The notes beneath the pieces are model-generated. The model worked only from the letters and a program-made list of their open reading frames with translations, made no database searches and was not told the DNA's origin. Both the position numbers and the translations under genes were made by a program. Positions 14,601 through 30,000 of a DNA stretch of 64,000 bases are shown piece after piece. Within the stretch, counting starts at the first letter, position 1. Each line of letters opens with the position of its first letter. The stretch comes from Auanema rhodensis (Eukaryota; Animalia; Nematoda): positions 22,940,001 through 23,004,000 of the forward strand of contig OZ059900.1 in NCBI GenBank assembly GCA_964057225.1, written 5' to 3'.

Positions 14601-15041
14601 AGAAAAATACAAAAACACAGTTTTTCCCATGAGAAATATTTTATTATGCTGGAAAACCAGTTTTTGGAAATTTCGCTGTAAACAAGGTTTTGACTTACGA
14701 TTTCATGTGTTCAAACTCATGCAATGTCAATGAAACCTAGCTCAAAATTGTTCGTACAACGTCTAGTTCCACTTTCACGACAAAAAAACAGGGGTTAGAA
14801 AATTTAGGAAATTAGCATATTCTGAGGGCACGCCCCTTATGGCTAATATTGATTAAATCGATTTTTGTTCATATGAGTCGTCAAATGCAACGAATTTCAG
14901 CGTGTTACATACTAAAATGAAGTATTTTACATGCTGAACACTAGAAAAATACAAAAACACAGTATTTCCCATGAGAAATATTTTATTATGCTGGAAAACC
15001 AGTTTTTGGAAATTTCGCTGTAAACAAGGTTTTGACTTACG
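11620..15041 (+). repeat. 5-monomer (1711-bp) tandem duplication within satellite A
   Basis: Private variants ACGCCCGTTA (11751, 13462), GGTAATTT and an extra A in the A-run recur at offset 1711. Confidence 0.88.
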
Positions 15042-18000
15042 ATTTCATGTGTTCAAACTCATGCAATGTCAATGAAACCTAGCTCAAAATTGTTCGTACA
15101 ACGTCTAGTTCCACTTTCACGACAAAAAAACAGGGGTTAGAAAATTAAGGAAATTAGCATATTCTGAGGGCACGCCCCTTATGGCTAATATTGATTAAAT
15201 CGATTTTTGTTCATATGAGTCGTCAAATGCAACAAATTTCAGCGTGTTACATACTAAAATGAAGCATTTTACAAGCTGAACACTAGAAAAATACAAAAAC
15301 ACAGTTTTTCCCATGAGAAATATTTTATTATGCTGGAAAACCAGTTTTTGGAAATTTCGCTGTAAACAAGGTTTTGACTTACGATTTCATGTGTTCAAAC
15401 TCATGCAATGTCAATGAAACCTAGCTCAAAATTGTTCGTACAACGTCTAGTTCCACTTTCACGACAAAAAAACAGGGGTTAGAAAATTTAGGAAATTAGC
15501 ATATTCTGAGGGCACGCCCCTTATGGCTAATATTGATTAAATCGATTTTTGTTCATATGAGTCGTCAAATGCAACGAATTTCAGCGTGTTACATACTAAA
15601 ATGAAGTATTTTACATGCTGAACACTAGAAAAATACAAAAACACAGTATTTCCCATGAGAAATATTTTATTATGCTGGAAAACCAGTTTTTGGAAATTTC
15701 GCTGTAAACAAGGTTTTGACTTACGATTTCATGTGTTCAAACTCATGCAATGTCAATGAAACCTAGCTCAAAATTGTTCGTACAACGTCTAGTTCCACTT
15801 TCACGACAAAAAAACAGGGGTTAGAAAATTAAGGAAATTAGCATATTCTGAGGGCACGCCCCTTATGGCTAATATTGATTAAATCGATTTTTGTTCATAT
15901 GAGTCGTCAAATGCAACAAATTTCAGCGTGTTACATACTAAAATAAAGCATTTTACAAGCTGAACACTAGAAAAATACAAAAACACAGTTTTTCCCATGA
16001 GAAATATTTTATTATGCTGGAAAACCAGTTTTTGGAAATTTCGCTGTAAACAAGGTTTTGACTTACGATTTCATGTGTTCAAACTCATGCAATGTCAATG
16101 AAACCTAGCTCAAAATTGTTCGTACAACGTCTAGTTCCACTTTCACGACAAAAAAACAGGGGTTAGAAAATTTAGGAAATTAGCATATTCTGAGGGCACG
16201 CCCCTTATGGCTAATATTGATTAAATCGATTTTTGTTCATATGAGTCGTCAAATGCAACGAATTTCAGCGTGTTACATACTAAAATGAAGTATTTTACAT
16301 GCTGAACACTAGAAAAATACAAAAACACAGTATTTCCCATGAGAAATATTTTATTATGCTGGAAAACCAGTTTTTGGAAATTTCGCTGTAAACAAGGTTT
16401 TGACTTACGATTTCATGTGTTCAAGCTCATGCAATGTCAATGAAACCTAGCTCAAAATTGTTCCTACAACGTCTAATTCCACTTTCACGACAAAAAAACA
16501 GGGGTTAGAAAATTAAGGAAATTAGCATATTCTGAGGGCACGCCCCTTATGGCTAATATTGATTAAATCGATTTTTGTTCATATGAGTCGTCAAATGCAA
16601 CGAATTTCAGCGTGTTACATACTAAAATGAAGCATTTTACATGCTGAACACTAGAAAAATACAAAAACACAGTATTTCCCATAAGAAATATTTTATTATG
16701 CTGGAAAACCAGTTTTTGGAAATTTCGCTGTAAACAAGGTTTTGACTTACGATTTCATATGTTCAAACTCATGCAATGTCAATGAAACCTAGCTCAAAAT
16801 TGTTCGTACAACGTCTAGTTCCACTTTCACGACAAAAAAACAGGGGTTAGAAAATTAAGGAAATTAGCATATTCTGAGGGCACGCCCCTTATGGCTAATA
16901 TTGATTAAATCGATTTTTGTTCATATGAGTCGTCAAATGCAACGAATTTTAGCGTGTTACATACTAAAATGAAGCATTTTACATGCTGAACACTAGAAAA
17001 ATTTAAAAACACAGTATTTCCCATGAGAAATATTTTATTATGCTGGAAAACCAGTTTTTGGAAATTTCGCTGTAAACAAGGTTTTGACTTACGATTTCAT
17101 GTGTTCAAACTCATGCAATGTCAATGAAACCTAGCTCAAAATTGTTCGTACAACGTCTAGTTCCACTTTCACGACAAAAAAACAGGGGTTAGAAAATTAA
17201 GGAAATTAGCATATTCTGAGGGCACGCCCCTTATGGCTAATATTGATTAAATCGATTTTTGTTCATATGAGTCGTCAAATGCAACGAATTTCAGCGTGTT
17301 ACATACTAAAATGAAGCATTTTACATGCTGAACACTAGAAAAATACAAAAACACAGTATTTCCCATGAGAAATATTTTATTATGCTGGAAAACCAGTTTT
17401 TGGAAATTTCGCTGTAAACAAGGTTTTGACTTACGATTTCATGTGTTCAAACTCATGCAATGTCAATGAAACCTAGCTCAAAATTGTTTGTACAACGTCT
17501 AGTTCCAGTTTCACGACAAAAAAACAAGGGTTAGAAAATTAAGGAAATTGGCATATTCTGAGGGCACGCCCCTTATGGCTAATATTGATTAAATCGATTT
17601 TTGTTCATATGAGTCGTCAAATGCAACGAATTTCAGCGTGTTACATACTAAAATGAAGCATTTTACATGCTGAACACTAGAAAAATACAAAAACACAGTA
17701 TTTCCCATGAAAAATATTTTATTATGCTGGAAAACCAGTTTTTGGAAATTTCGCTGTAAACAAGGTTTTGACTTACGATTTCATGTGTTCAAACTCATGC
17801 AATGTCAATGTAACCTAGCTCAAAATTGTTCGTACAACGTCTAGTTCCACTTTCACGACAAAAAAACAGGGGTTAGAAAATTAAGGAAATTAGCATATTC
17901 TGAGGGCACGCCCCTTATGGCTAATATTGATTAAATCGATTTTTGTTCATATGAGTCGTCAAATGCAACGAATTTCAGCGTGTTACATACTAAAATGAAG

Positions 18001-21000
18001 CATTTTACATGCTGAACACTAGAAAAATACAAAAACACAGTATTTCCCATGAGAAATATTTTATTATGCTGGAAAACCAGTTTTTGGAAATTTCGCTGTA
18101 AACAAGGTTTTGACTTACGATTTCATGTGTTCAAACTCATGCAATGTCAATGAAACCTAGCTCAAAATTGTTCGTACAACGTCTAGTTCCACTTTCACGA
18201 CGAAAAAACAGGGGTTAGAAAATTAAGGAAATTAGCATATTCTGAGGGCACGCCCCTTATGGCTAATATTGATTAAATCGATTTTTGTTCATATGAGTCG
18301 TCAAATGCAACGAATTTCAGCGTGTTACATACTAAAATGAAGCATTTTACATGCTGAACACTAGAAAAATACAAAAACACAGTATTTCCCATGAGAAATA
18401 TTTTATTATGCTGGAAAACCAGTTTTTGGAAATTTCGCTGTAAACAAGGTTTTGACTTACGATTTCATGTGTTCAAACTCATGCAATGTCAATGAAACCT
18501 AGCTCAAAATTGTTTGTACAACGTCTAGTTCCAGTTTCACGACAAAAAAACAAGGGTTAGAAAATTAAGGAAATTAGCATATTCTGAGGGCACGCCCCTT
18601 ATGGCTAATATTGATTAAATCGATTTTTGTTCATATGAGTCGTCAAATGCAACGAATTTCAGCGTGTTACATACTAAAATGAAGCATTTTACATGCTGAA
18701 CACTAGAAAAATACAAAAACACAGTATTTCCCATGAAAAATATTTTATTATGCTGGAAAACCAGTTTTTGGAAATTTCGCTGTAAACAAGGTATTGACTT
18801 ACGATTTCATGTGTTCAAACTCATGCAATGTCAATGTAACCTAGCTCAAAATTGTTCGTACAACGTCTAGTTCCACTTTCACGACAAAAAAACAGGGGTT
18901 AGAAAATTAAGGAAATTAGCATATTCTGAGGGCACGCCCCTTATGGCTAATATTGATTAAATCGATTTTTGTTCATATGAGTCGTCAAATGCAACGAATT
19001 TCAGCGTGTTACATACTAAAATGAAGCATTTTACATGCTGAACACTAGAAAAATACAAAAACACAGTATTTCCCATGAGAAATATTTTATTATGCTGGAA
19101 AACCAGTTTTTGGAAATTTCGCTGTAAACAAGGTTTTGACTTACGATTTTATGTGTTCAAACTCATGCAATGTCAATGAAACCTAGCTCAAAATTGTTTG
19201 TACAACGTCTAGTTCCAGTTTCACGACAAAAAAACAAGGGTTAGAAAATTAAGGAAATTAGCATATTCTGAGGGCACGCCCCTTATGGCTAATATTGATT
19301 AAATCGATTTTTGTTCATATGAGTCGTCAAATGCAACGAATTTCAGCGTGTTACATACTAAAATGAAGCATTTTACATGCTGAACACTAGAAAAATACAA
19401 AAACACAGTATTTCCCATGAAAAATATTTTATTATGCTGGAAAACCAGTTTTTGGAAATTTCGCTGTAAACAAGGTTTTGACTTACGATTTCATGTGTTC
19501 AAACTCATGCAATGTCAATGTAACCTAGCTCAAAATTGTTCGTACAACGTCTAGTTCCACTTTCACGACAAAAAAACAGGGGTTAGAAAATTAAGGAAAT
19601 TAGCATATTCTGAGGGCACGCCCCTAATGGCTAATATTGATTAAATCGATTTTTGTTCATATGAGTCGTCAAATGCAACGAATTTCAGCGTGTTACATAC
19701 TAAAATGAAGCATTTTACATGCTGAACACTAGAAAAATACAAAAACACAGTATTTCCCATGAGAAATATTTTATTATGCTGGAAAACCAGTTTTTGGAAA
19801 TTTCGCTGTAAACAAGGTATTGACTTACGATTTCATGTGTTCAAACTCATGCAATGTCAATGTAACCTAGCTCAAAATTGTTCGTACAACGTCTAGTTCC
19901 ACTTTCACGACAAAAAAACAGGGGTTAGAAAATTAAGGAAATTAGCATATTCTGAGGGCACGCCCCTTATGGCTAATATTGATTAAATCGATTTTTGTTC
20001 ATATGAGTCGTCAAATGCAACGAATTTCAGCGTGTTACATACTAAAATGAAGCATTTTACATGCTGAACACTAGAAAAATACAAAAACACAGTATTTCCC
20101 ATGAGAAATATTTTATTATGCTGGAAAACCAGTTTTTGGAAATTTCGCTGTAAACAAGGTTTTGACTTACGATTTTATGTGTTCAAACTCATGCAATGTC
20201 AATGAAACCTAGCTCAAAATTGTTTGTACAACGTCTAGTTCCAGTTTCACGACAAAAAAACAAGGGTTAGAAAATTAAGGAAATTAGCATATTCTGAGGG
20301 CACGCCCCTTATGGCTAATATTGATTAAATCGATTTTTGTTCATATGAGTCGTCAAATGCAACGAATTTCAGCGTGTTACATACTAAAATGAAGCATTTT
20401 ACATGCTGAACACTAGAAAAATACAAAAACACAGTATTTCCCATGAAAAATATTTTATTATGCTGGAAAACCAGTTTTTGGAAATTTCGCTGTAAACAAG
20501 GTTTTGACTTACGATTTCATGTGTTCAAACTCATGCAATGTCAATGTAACCTAGCTCAAAATTGTTCGTACAACGTCTAGTTCCACTTTCACGACAAAAA
20601 AACAGGGGTTAGAAAATTAAGGAAATTAGCATATTCTGAGGGCACGCCCCTAATGGCTAATATTGATTAAATCGATTTTTGTTCATATGAGTCGTCAAAT
20701 GCAACGAATTTCAGCGTGTTACATACTAAAATGAAGCATTTTACATGCTGAACACTAGAAAAATACAAAAACACAGTATTTCCCATGAGAAATATTTTAT
20801 TATGCTGGAAAACCAGTTTTTGGAAATTTCGCTGTAAACAAGGTTTTGACTTACGATTTCATGTGTTCAAACTCATGCAATGTCAATGAAACCTAGCTCA
20901 AAATTGTTCGTACAACGTCTAGTTCCACTTTCACGACGAAAAAACAGGGGTTAGAAAATTAAGGAAATTAGCATATTCTGAGGGCACGCCCCTTATGGCT

Positions 21001-24000
21001 AATATTGATTAAATCGATTTTTGTTCATATGAGTCGTCAAATGCAACGAATTTCAGCGTGTTACATACTAAAATGAAGCATTTCACATGCTGAACACTAG
21101 AAAAATACAAAAACACAGTATTTCCCATGAGAAATATTTTATCATGCTGGAAAACCAGTTTTTGGAAATTTCGCTGTAAACAAGGTTTTGACTTACGATT
21201 TCATGTGTTCAAACTCATGCAATGTCAATGAAACCTAGCTCAAAATTGTTTGTACAACGTCTAGTTCCACTTTCACGACAAAAAAACAGGGGTTAGAAAA
21301 TTAAGGAAATTAGCATATTCTGAGGGCACGCCCCTTATGGCTAATATTGATTAAATCGATTTTTGTTCATATGAGTCGTCAAATGCAACGAATTTCAGCG
21401 TGTTACATACTAAAATGAAGCATTTTACATGCTGAACACTAGAAAAATACAAAAACACAGTATTTCTCATGAGAAATATTTTATTATGCTGGAAAACCAG
21501 TTTTTGGAAATTTCGCTGTAAACAAGGTTTTGACTTACGATTTCATGTGTTCAAACTCATGCAATGTCAATGAAACCTAGCTCAAAATTGTTTGTACAAC
21601 GTCTAGTTCCACTTTCACGACAAAAAAACAGGGGTTAGAAAATTAAGGAAATTAGCATATTCTGAGGGCACGCCCCTTATGGCTAATATTGATTAAATCG
21701 ATTTTTTGTTCATATGAGTCGTCAAATGCAACGAATTTCAGCGTGTTACATACTAAAATGAAGCATTTTACATGCTGAACACTAGAAAAATACAAAAACA
21801 CAGTATTTCCCATGAGAAATATTTTATTATGCTGGAAAACCAGTTTTTGGAAATTTCGCTGTAAACAAGGTTTTGACTTACGATTTCATGTGTTCAAACT
21901 CATGCAATGTCAATGAAACCTAGCTCAAAATTGTTCGTACAACGTCTAGTTCCACTTTCACGACAAAAAAACAAGGGTTAGAAAATTAAGGAAATTAGCA
22001 TATTCTGAGGGCACGCCCCTTATGGCTAATATTGATTAAATCGATTTTTGTTCATATGAGTCGTCAAATGCAACGAATTTCAGCGTGTTACATACTAAAA
22101 TGAAGCATTTTACATGCTGAACACTAGAAAAATACAAAAACACAGTATTTCCCATGAGAAATATTTTATTATGCTGGAAAACCAGTTTTTGGAAATTTCG
22201 CTGTAAACAAGGTTTTGACTTACGATTTCATGTGTTCAAGCTCATGCAATGTCAATGAAACCTAGCTCAAAATTGTTCGTACAACGTCTAGTTCCACTTT
22301 CACGACAAAAAAACAGGGGTTAGAAAATTAAGGAAATTAGCATATTCTGAGGGCACGCCCCTTATGGCTAATATTGATTAAATCGATTTTTGTTCATATG
22401 AGTCGTCAAATGCAACGAATTTCAGCGTGTTACATACTAAAATAAAACATTTTACATGCTGAACACTAGAAGAATACAAAAACACAGTATTTCCCATGAG
22501 AAATATTTTATTATGCTGGAAAACCAGTTTTTGGAAATTTCGCTGTAAACAAGGTTTTGACTTACGATTTCATGTGTTCAAACTCATGCAATGTCAATGA
22601 AACCTAGCTCAAAATTGTTCGTACAACGTCTAGTTCCACTTTCACGACAAAAAAACAGGGGCTAGAAAATTAAGGAAATTAGCATATTCTGAGGGCACGC
22701 CCCTTAGGGCTAATATTGATTAAATCGATTTTTGTTCATATGAGTCGTCAAATGTAACGAATTTTAGCGTGTTACATACTAAAATGAAGCATTTTACATG
22801 CTGAACACTAGAAAAATACAAAAACACCGTATTTCCCATGAGAAATATTTTATCATGCTGGAAAACCAGTTTTTGGAAATTTCGCTGTAAACAAGGTTTT
22901 GACTTACGATTTCATGTGTTCAAACTCATGCAATGTCAATGAAACCTAGCTCAAAATTGTTCGTACAACGTCTAGTTCCACTTTCACGACAAAAAAACAG
23001 GGGTTAGAAAATTAAGGAAATTAGCATATTCTGAGGGCACGCCCCTTATGGCTAATATTGATTAAATCGATTTTTGTTCATATGAGTCGTCAAATGCAAC
23101 GAATTTCAGCGTGTTACATACTAAAATGAAGCATTTTACATGCTGAACACTAGAAAAATACAAAAACACAGTATTTCTCATGAGAAATATTTTATTATGC
23201 TGGAAAACCAGTTTTTGGAAATTTCGCTGTAAACAAGGTTTTGACTTACGATTTCATGTGTTCAAACTCATGCAATGTCAATGAAACCTAGCTCAAAATT
23301 GTTTGTACAACGTCTAGTTCCACTTTCACGACAAAAAAACAAGGGTTAGAAAATTAAGGAAATTAGCATATTCTGAGGGCACGCCCCTTATGGCTAATAT
23401 TGATTAAATCGATTTTTGTTCATATGAGTCGTCAAATGCAAGGAATTTCAGCGTGTTACATACTAAAATGAAGCATTTTACATGCTGAACACTAGAAAAA
23501 TACAAAAACACAGTATTTCCCATGAGAAATATTTTATTATGCTGGAAAACCAGTTTTTGGAAATTTCGCTGTAAACAAGGTTTTGACTTACGATTTCATG
23601 TGTTCAAGCTCATGCAATGTCAATGAAACCTAGCTCAAAATTGTTCGTACAACGTCTAGTTCCACTTTCACGACAAAAAAACAGGGGTTAGAAAATTAAG
23701 GAAATTAGCATATTCTGAGGGCACGCCCCTTATGGCTAATATTGATTAAATCGATTTTTGTTCATATGAGTCGTCAAATGCAACGAATTTCAGCGTGTTA
23801 CATACTAAAATGAAGCATTTTACATGCTGAACACTAGAAAAATACAAAAACACAGTATTTCCCATGAGAAATATTTTATTATGCTGGAAAACCAGTTTTT
23901 GGAAATTTCGCTGTAAACAAGGTTTTGACTTACGATTTCATGTGTTCAAACTCATGCAATGTCAATGAAACCTAGCTCAAAATTGTTCGTACAACGTCTA

Positions 24001-27000
24001 GTTCCACTTTCACGACAAAAAAACAGGGGTTAGAAAATTAAGGAAATTAGCATATTCTGAGGGCACGCCCCTTATGGCTAATATTGATTAAATCGATTTT
24101 TGTTCATATGAGTCGTCAAATGCAACGAATTTCAGCGTGTTACATACTAAAATGAAGCATTTTACATGCTGAACACTAGAAAAATACAAAAACACAGTAT
24201 TTCCCATGAGAAATATTTTATTATGCTGGAAAACCAGTTTTTGGAAATTTCGCTGTAAACAAGGTTTTGACTTACGATTTCATGTGTTCAAACTCATGCA
24301 ATGTCAATGAAACCTAGCTCAAAATTGTTTGTACAACGTCTAGTTCCACTTTCACGACAAAAAAACAAGGGTTAGAAAATTAAGGAAATTAGCATATTCT
24401 GAGGGCACGCCCCTTATGGCTAATATTGATTAAATCGATTTTTGTTCATATGAGTCGTCAAATGCAAGGAATTTCAGCGTGTTACATACTAAAATGAAGC
24501 ATTTTACATGCTGAACACTAGAAAAATACAAAAACACAGTATTTCCCATGAGAAATATTTTATTATGCTGGAAAACCAGTTTTTGGAAATTTCGCTGTAA
24601 ACAAGGTTTTGACTTACGATTTCATGTGTTCAAGCTCATGCAATGTCAATGAAACCTAGCTCAAAATTGTTCGTACAACGTCTAGTTCCACTTTCACGAC
24701 AAAAAAACAGGGGTTAGAAAATTAAGGAAATTAGCATATTCTGAGGGCACGCCCCTTATGGCTAATATTGATTAAATCGATTTTTGTTCATATGAGTCGT
24801 CAAATGCAACGAATTTCAGCGTGTTACATACTAAAATGAAGCATTTTACATGCTGAACACTAGAAAAATACAAAAACACAGTATTTCCCATGAGAAATAT
24901 TTTATTATGCTGGAAAACCAGTTTTTGGAAATTTCGCTGTAAACAAGGTTTTGACTTACGATTTCATGTGTTCAAACTCATGCAATGTCAATGAAACCTA
25001 GCTCAAAATTGTTCGTACAACGTCTAGTTCCACTTTCACGACAAAAAAACAGGGGTTAGAAAATTAAGGAAATTAGCATATTCTGAGGGCACGCCCCTTA
25101 TGGCTAATATTGATTAAATCGATTTTTGTTCATATGAGTCGTCAAATGCAACGAATTTCAGCGTGTTACATACTAAAATGAAGCATTTTACATGCTGAAC
25201 ACTAGAAAAATACAAAAACACAGTATTTCCCATGAGAAATATTTTATTATGCTGGAAAACCAGTTTTTGGAAATTTCGCTGTAACAAGGTTTTGACTTAC
25301 GATTTCATGTGTTCAAACTCATGCAATGTCAATGTAACCTAGCTCAAAATTGTTCGTACAACGTCTAGTTCCACTTTCAAGACAAAAAAACAGGGGTTAG
25401 AAAATTAAGGAAATTAGCATATTCTGAGGGCACGCCCCTTATGGCTAATATTGATTAAATCGATTTTTGTTCATATGAGTCGTCAAATGCAACGAATTTC
25501 AGCGTGTTACATACTAAAATGAAGCATTTTACATGCTGAACACTAGAAAAATACAAAAACACAGTATTTCCCATGAGAAATATTTTATTATGCTGGAAAA
25601 CCAGTTTTTGGAAATTTCGCTGTAAACAAGGTTTTGACTTACGATTTCATTTGTTCAAACTCATGCAATGTCAATGAAACCTAGCTCAAAATTATTTGTA
25701 CAACGTCTAGTTCCACTTTCACGACAAAAAAACAGGGGTTAGAAAATTAAGGAAATTAGCATATTCTGAGGGCACGCCCCTTATGGCTAATATTGATTAA
25801 ATCGATTTTTGTTCATATGAGTCGTCAAATGCAACGAATTTCAGCGTGTTACATACTAAAATGAAGCATTTTACATGCTGAACACTAGAAAAATAAAAAA
25901 CACAGTATTTCCCATGAGAAATATTTTATTATGCTGGAAAACCAGTTTTTGGAAATTTCGCTGTAAACAAGGTTTTGACTTACGATTTCATGTGTTCAAA
26001 CTCATGCAATGTCAATGAAACCTAGCTCAAAATTGTTCGTACAACGTCTAGTTCCACTTTCACGACAAAAAAACAAGGGTTAGAAAATTAAGGAAATTAG
26101 CATATTCTGAGGGCACGCCCCTTATGGCTAATATTGATTAAATCGATTTTTGTTCATATGAGTCGTCAAATGCAACGAATTTCAGCGTGTTACATACTAA
26201 AATGAAGCATTTTACATGCTGAACACTAGAAAAATACAAAAACACAGTATTTCCCATGAGAAATATTTTATTATGCTGGAAAACCAGTTTTTGGAAATTT
26301 CGCTGTAAACAAGGTTTTGACTTACGATTTCATGTGTTCAAACTCATGCAATGTCAATGTAACCTAGCTCAAAGTTGTTCGTACAACGTCTAGTTCCACT
26401 TTCAAGACAAAAAAACAGGGGTTAGAAAATTAAGGAAATTAGCATATTCTGAGGGCACGCCCCTTATGGCTAATATTGATTAAATCGATTTTTGTTCATA
26501 TGAGTCGTCAAATGCAACGAATTTCAGCGTGTTACATACTAAAATGAAGCATTTTACATGCTGAACACTAGAAAAATACAAAAACACAGTATTTCCCATG
26601 AGAAATATTTTATTATGCTGGAAAACCAGTTTTTGGAAATTTCGCTGTAAACAAGGTTTTGACTTACGATTTCATTTGTTCAAACTCATGCAATGTCAAT
26701 GAAACCTAGCTCAAAATTATTTGTACAACGTCTAGTTCCACTTTCACGACAAAAAAACAGGGATTAGAAAATTAAGGAAATTAGCATATTCTGAGGGCAC
26801 GCCCCTTATGGCTAATATTGATTAAATCGATTTTTGTTCATATGAGTCGTCAAATGCAACGAATTTCAGCGTGTTACATACTAAAATGAAGCATTTTACA
26901 TGCTGAACACTAGAAAAATACAAAAACACAGTATTTCCCATGAGAAATATTTTATTATGCTGGAAAACCAGTTTTTGGAAATTTCGCTGTAAACAAGGTT

Positions 27001-30000
27001 TTGACTTACGATTTCATGTGTTCAAACTCATGCAATGTCAATGAAACCTAGCTCAAAATTGTTCGTACAACGTCTAGTTCCACTTTTACGACAAAAAAAC
27101 AAGGGTTAGAAAATTAAGGAAATTAGCATATTCTGAGAGCACGCCCCTTATGGCTAATATTGATTAAATCGATTTTTGTTCATATGAGTCGTCAAATGCA
27201 ACGAATTTCAGCGTGTTACATACTAAAATGAAGCATTTTACATGCTGAACACTAGAAAAATACAAAAACACAGTATTTCCCATGAGAAATATTTTATTAT
27301 GCTGGAAAACCAGTTTTTGGAAATTTCGCTGTAAACAAGGTTTTGACTTACGATTTCATGTGTTCAAACTCATGCAATGTCAATGAAACCTAGCTCAAAA
27401 TTGTTCGTACAACGTCTAGTTCCACTTTCACGACAAAAAAACAGGGGTTAGAAAATTAAGGAAATTAGCATATTCTGAGGGCACGCCCCTTATGGCTAAT
27501 ATTGATTAAATCGATTTTTGTTCATATGAGTCGTCAAATGCAACGAATTTCAGCGTGTTACATACTAAAATGAAGCATTTTACATGCTGAACACTAGAAA
27601 AATACAAAAACACAGTATTTCCTATGAGAAATATTTTATTATGCTGGAAAACCAGTTTTTGGAAATTTCGCTGTAAACAAGGTTTTGACTTACGATTTCA
27701 TGTGTTCAAACTCATGCAATGTCAATGAAACCTAGCTCAAAATTGTTCGTACAACGTCTAGTTCCACTTTCACGACAAAAAAACAGGGGTTAGAAAATTA
27801 AGGAAATTAGCATATTCTGAGGGCACGCCCCTTATGGCTAATATTGATTAAATCGATTTTTGTTCATATGAGTCGTCAAATGCAACGAATTTCAGCGTGT
27901 TACATACTAAAATGAAGCATTTTACATGCTGAACACTAAAAGAATACAAAAACACAGTATTTCCCATGAGAAATATTTTATTATGCTGGAAAACCAGTTT
28001 TTGGAAATTTCGCTGTAAACAAGGTTTTGACTTACGATTTCATGTGTTCAAACTCATGCAATGTCAATGAAACTTGGCTCAAAATTGTTCGTACAACGTC
28101 TAGTTCCACTTTCACGACAAAAAAACAGGGGTTAGAAAATTAAGGAAATTAGCATATTCTGAGGGCACGCCCCTTATGGCTAATATTGATTAAATCGATT
28201 TTTGTTCATATGAGTCGTCAAATGCAACGAATTTCAGCGTGTTACATACTAAAATGAAGCATTTTACATGCTGAACACTAGAAAAATACAAAAACACAGT
28301 ATTTCCTATGAGAAATATTTTATTATGCTGGAAAACCAGTTTTTGGAAATTTCGCTGTAAACAAGGTTTTGACTTACGATTTCATGTGTTCAAACTCATG
28401 CAATGTCAATGAAACCTAGCTCAAAATTGTTCGTACAACGTCTAGTTCCACTTTCACGACAAAAAAACAGGGGTTAGAAAATTAAGGAAATTAGCATATT
28501 CTGAGGGCACGCCCCTTATGGCTAATATTGATTAAATCGATTTTTGTTCATATGAGTCGTCAAATGCAACGAATTTCAGCGTGTTACATACTAAAATGAA
28601 GCATTTAACATGCTGAACACTAGAAAAATACAAAAACACAGTATTTCTCATGAGAAATATTTTATTATGCTGGAAAACCAGTTTTTGGAAATTTCGCTGT
28701 AAACAAGGTTTTGACTTACGATTTCATGTGTTCAAACTCATGCAATGTCAATGAAACCTAGCTCAAAATTGTTTGTACAACGTCTAGTTCCACTTTCACG
28801 ACAAAAAAACAGGGGTTAGAAAATTAAGGAAATTAGCATATTCTGAGGGCACGCCCCTTATGGCTAATATTGATTAAATCGATTTTTTGTTCATATGAGT
28901 CGTCAAATGCAACGAATTTCAGCGTGTTACATACTAAAATGAAGCATTTTACATGCTGAACACTAGAAAAATACAAAAACACAGTATTTCCCATGAGAAA
29001 TTATTTATTATGCTGGAAAACCAGTTTTTGGAAATTTCGCTGTAAACAAGGTTTTGACTTACGATTTCATGTGTTCAAACTCATGCAATGTCAATGAAAC
29101 CTAGCTCAAAATTGTTCGTACAACGTCTAGTTCCACTTTCACGACAAAAAAACAAGGGTTAGAAAATTAAGGAAATTAGCATATTCTGAGGGCACGCCCC
29201 TTATGGCTAATATTGATTAAATCGATTTTTGTTCATATGAGTCGTCAAATGCAACGAATTTCAGCGTGTTACATACTAAAATGAAGCATTTTACATGCTG
29301 AACACTAGAAAAATACAAAAACACAGTATTTCCTATGAGAAATATTTTATTATGCTGGAAAACCAGTTTTTGGAAATTTCGCTGTAAACAAGGTTTTGAC
29401 TTACGATTTCATGTGTTCAAACTCATGCAATGTCAATGAAACCTAGCTCAAAATTGTTCGTACAACGTCTAGTTCCACTTTCACGACAAAAAAACAGGGG
29501 TTAGAAAATTAAGGAAATTAGCATATTCTGAGGGCACGCCCCTTATGGCTAATATTGATTAAATCGATTTTTGTTCATATGAGTCGTCAAATGCAACGAA
29601 TTTCAGCGTGTTACATACTAAAATGAAGCATTTAACATGCTGAACACTAGAAAAATACAAAAACACAGTATTTCTCATGAGAAATATTTTATTATGCTGG
29701 AAAACCAGTTTTTGGAAATTTCGCTGTAAACAAGGTTTTGACTTACGATTTCATGTGTTCAAACTCATGCAATGTCAATGAAACCTAGCTCAAAATTGTT
29801 TGTACAACGTCTAGTTCCACTTTCACGACAAAAAAACAGGGGTTAGAAAATTAAGGAAATTAGCATATTCTGAGGGCACGCCCCTTATGGCTAATATTGA
29901 TTAAATCGATTTTTTGTTCATATGAGTCGTCAAATGCAACGAATTTCAGCGTGTTACATACTAAAATGAAGCATTTTACATGCTGAACACTAGAAAAATA

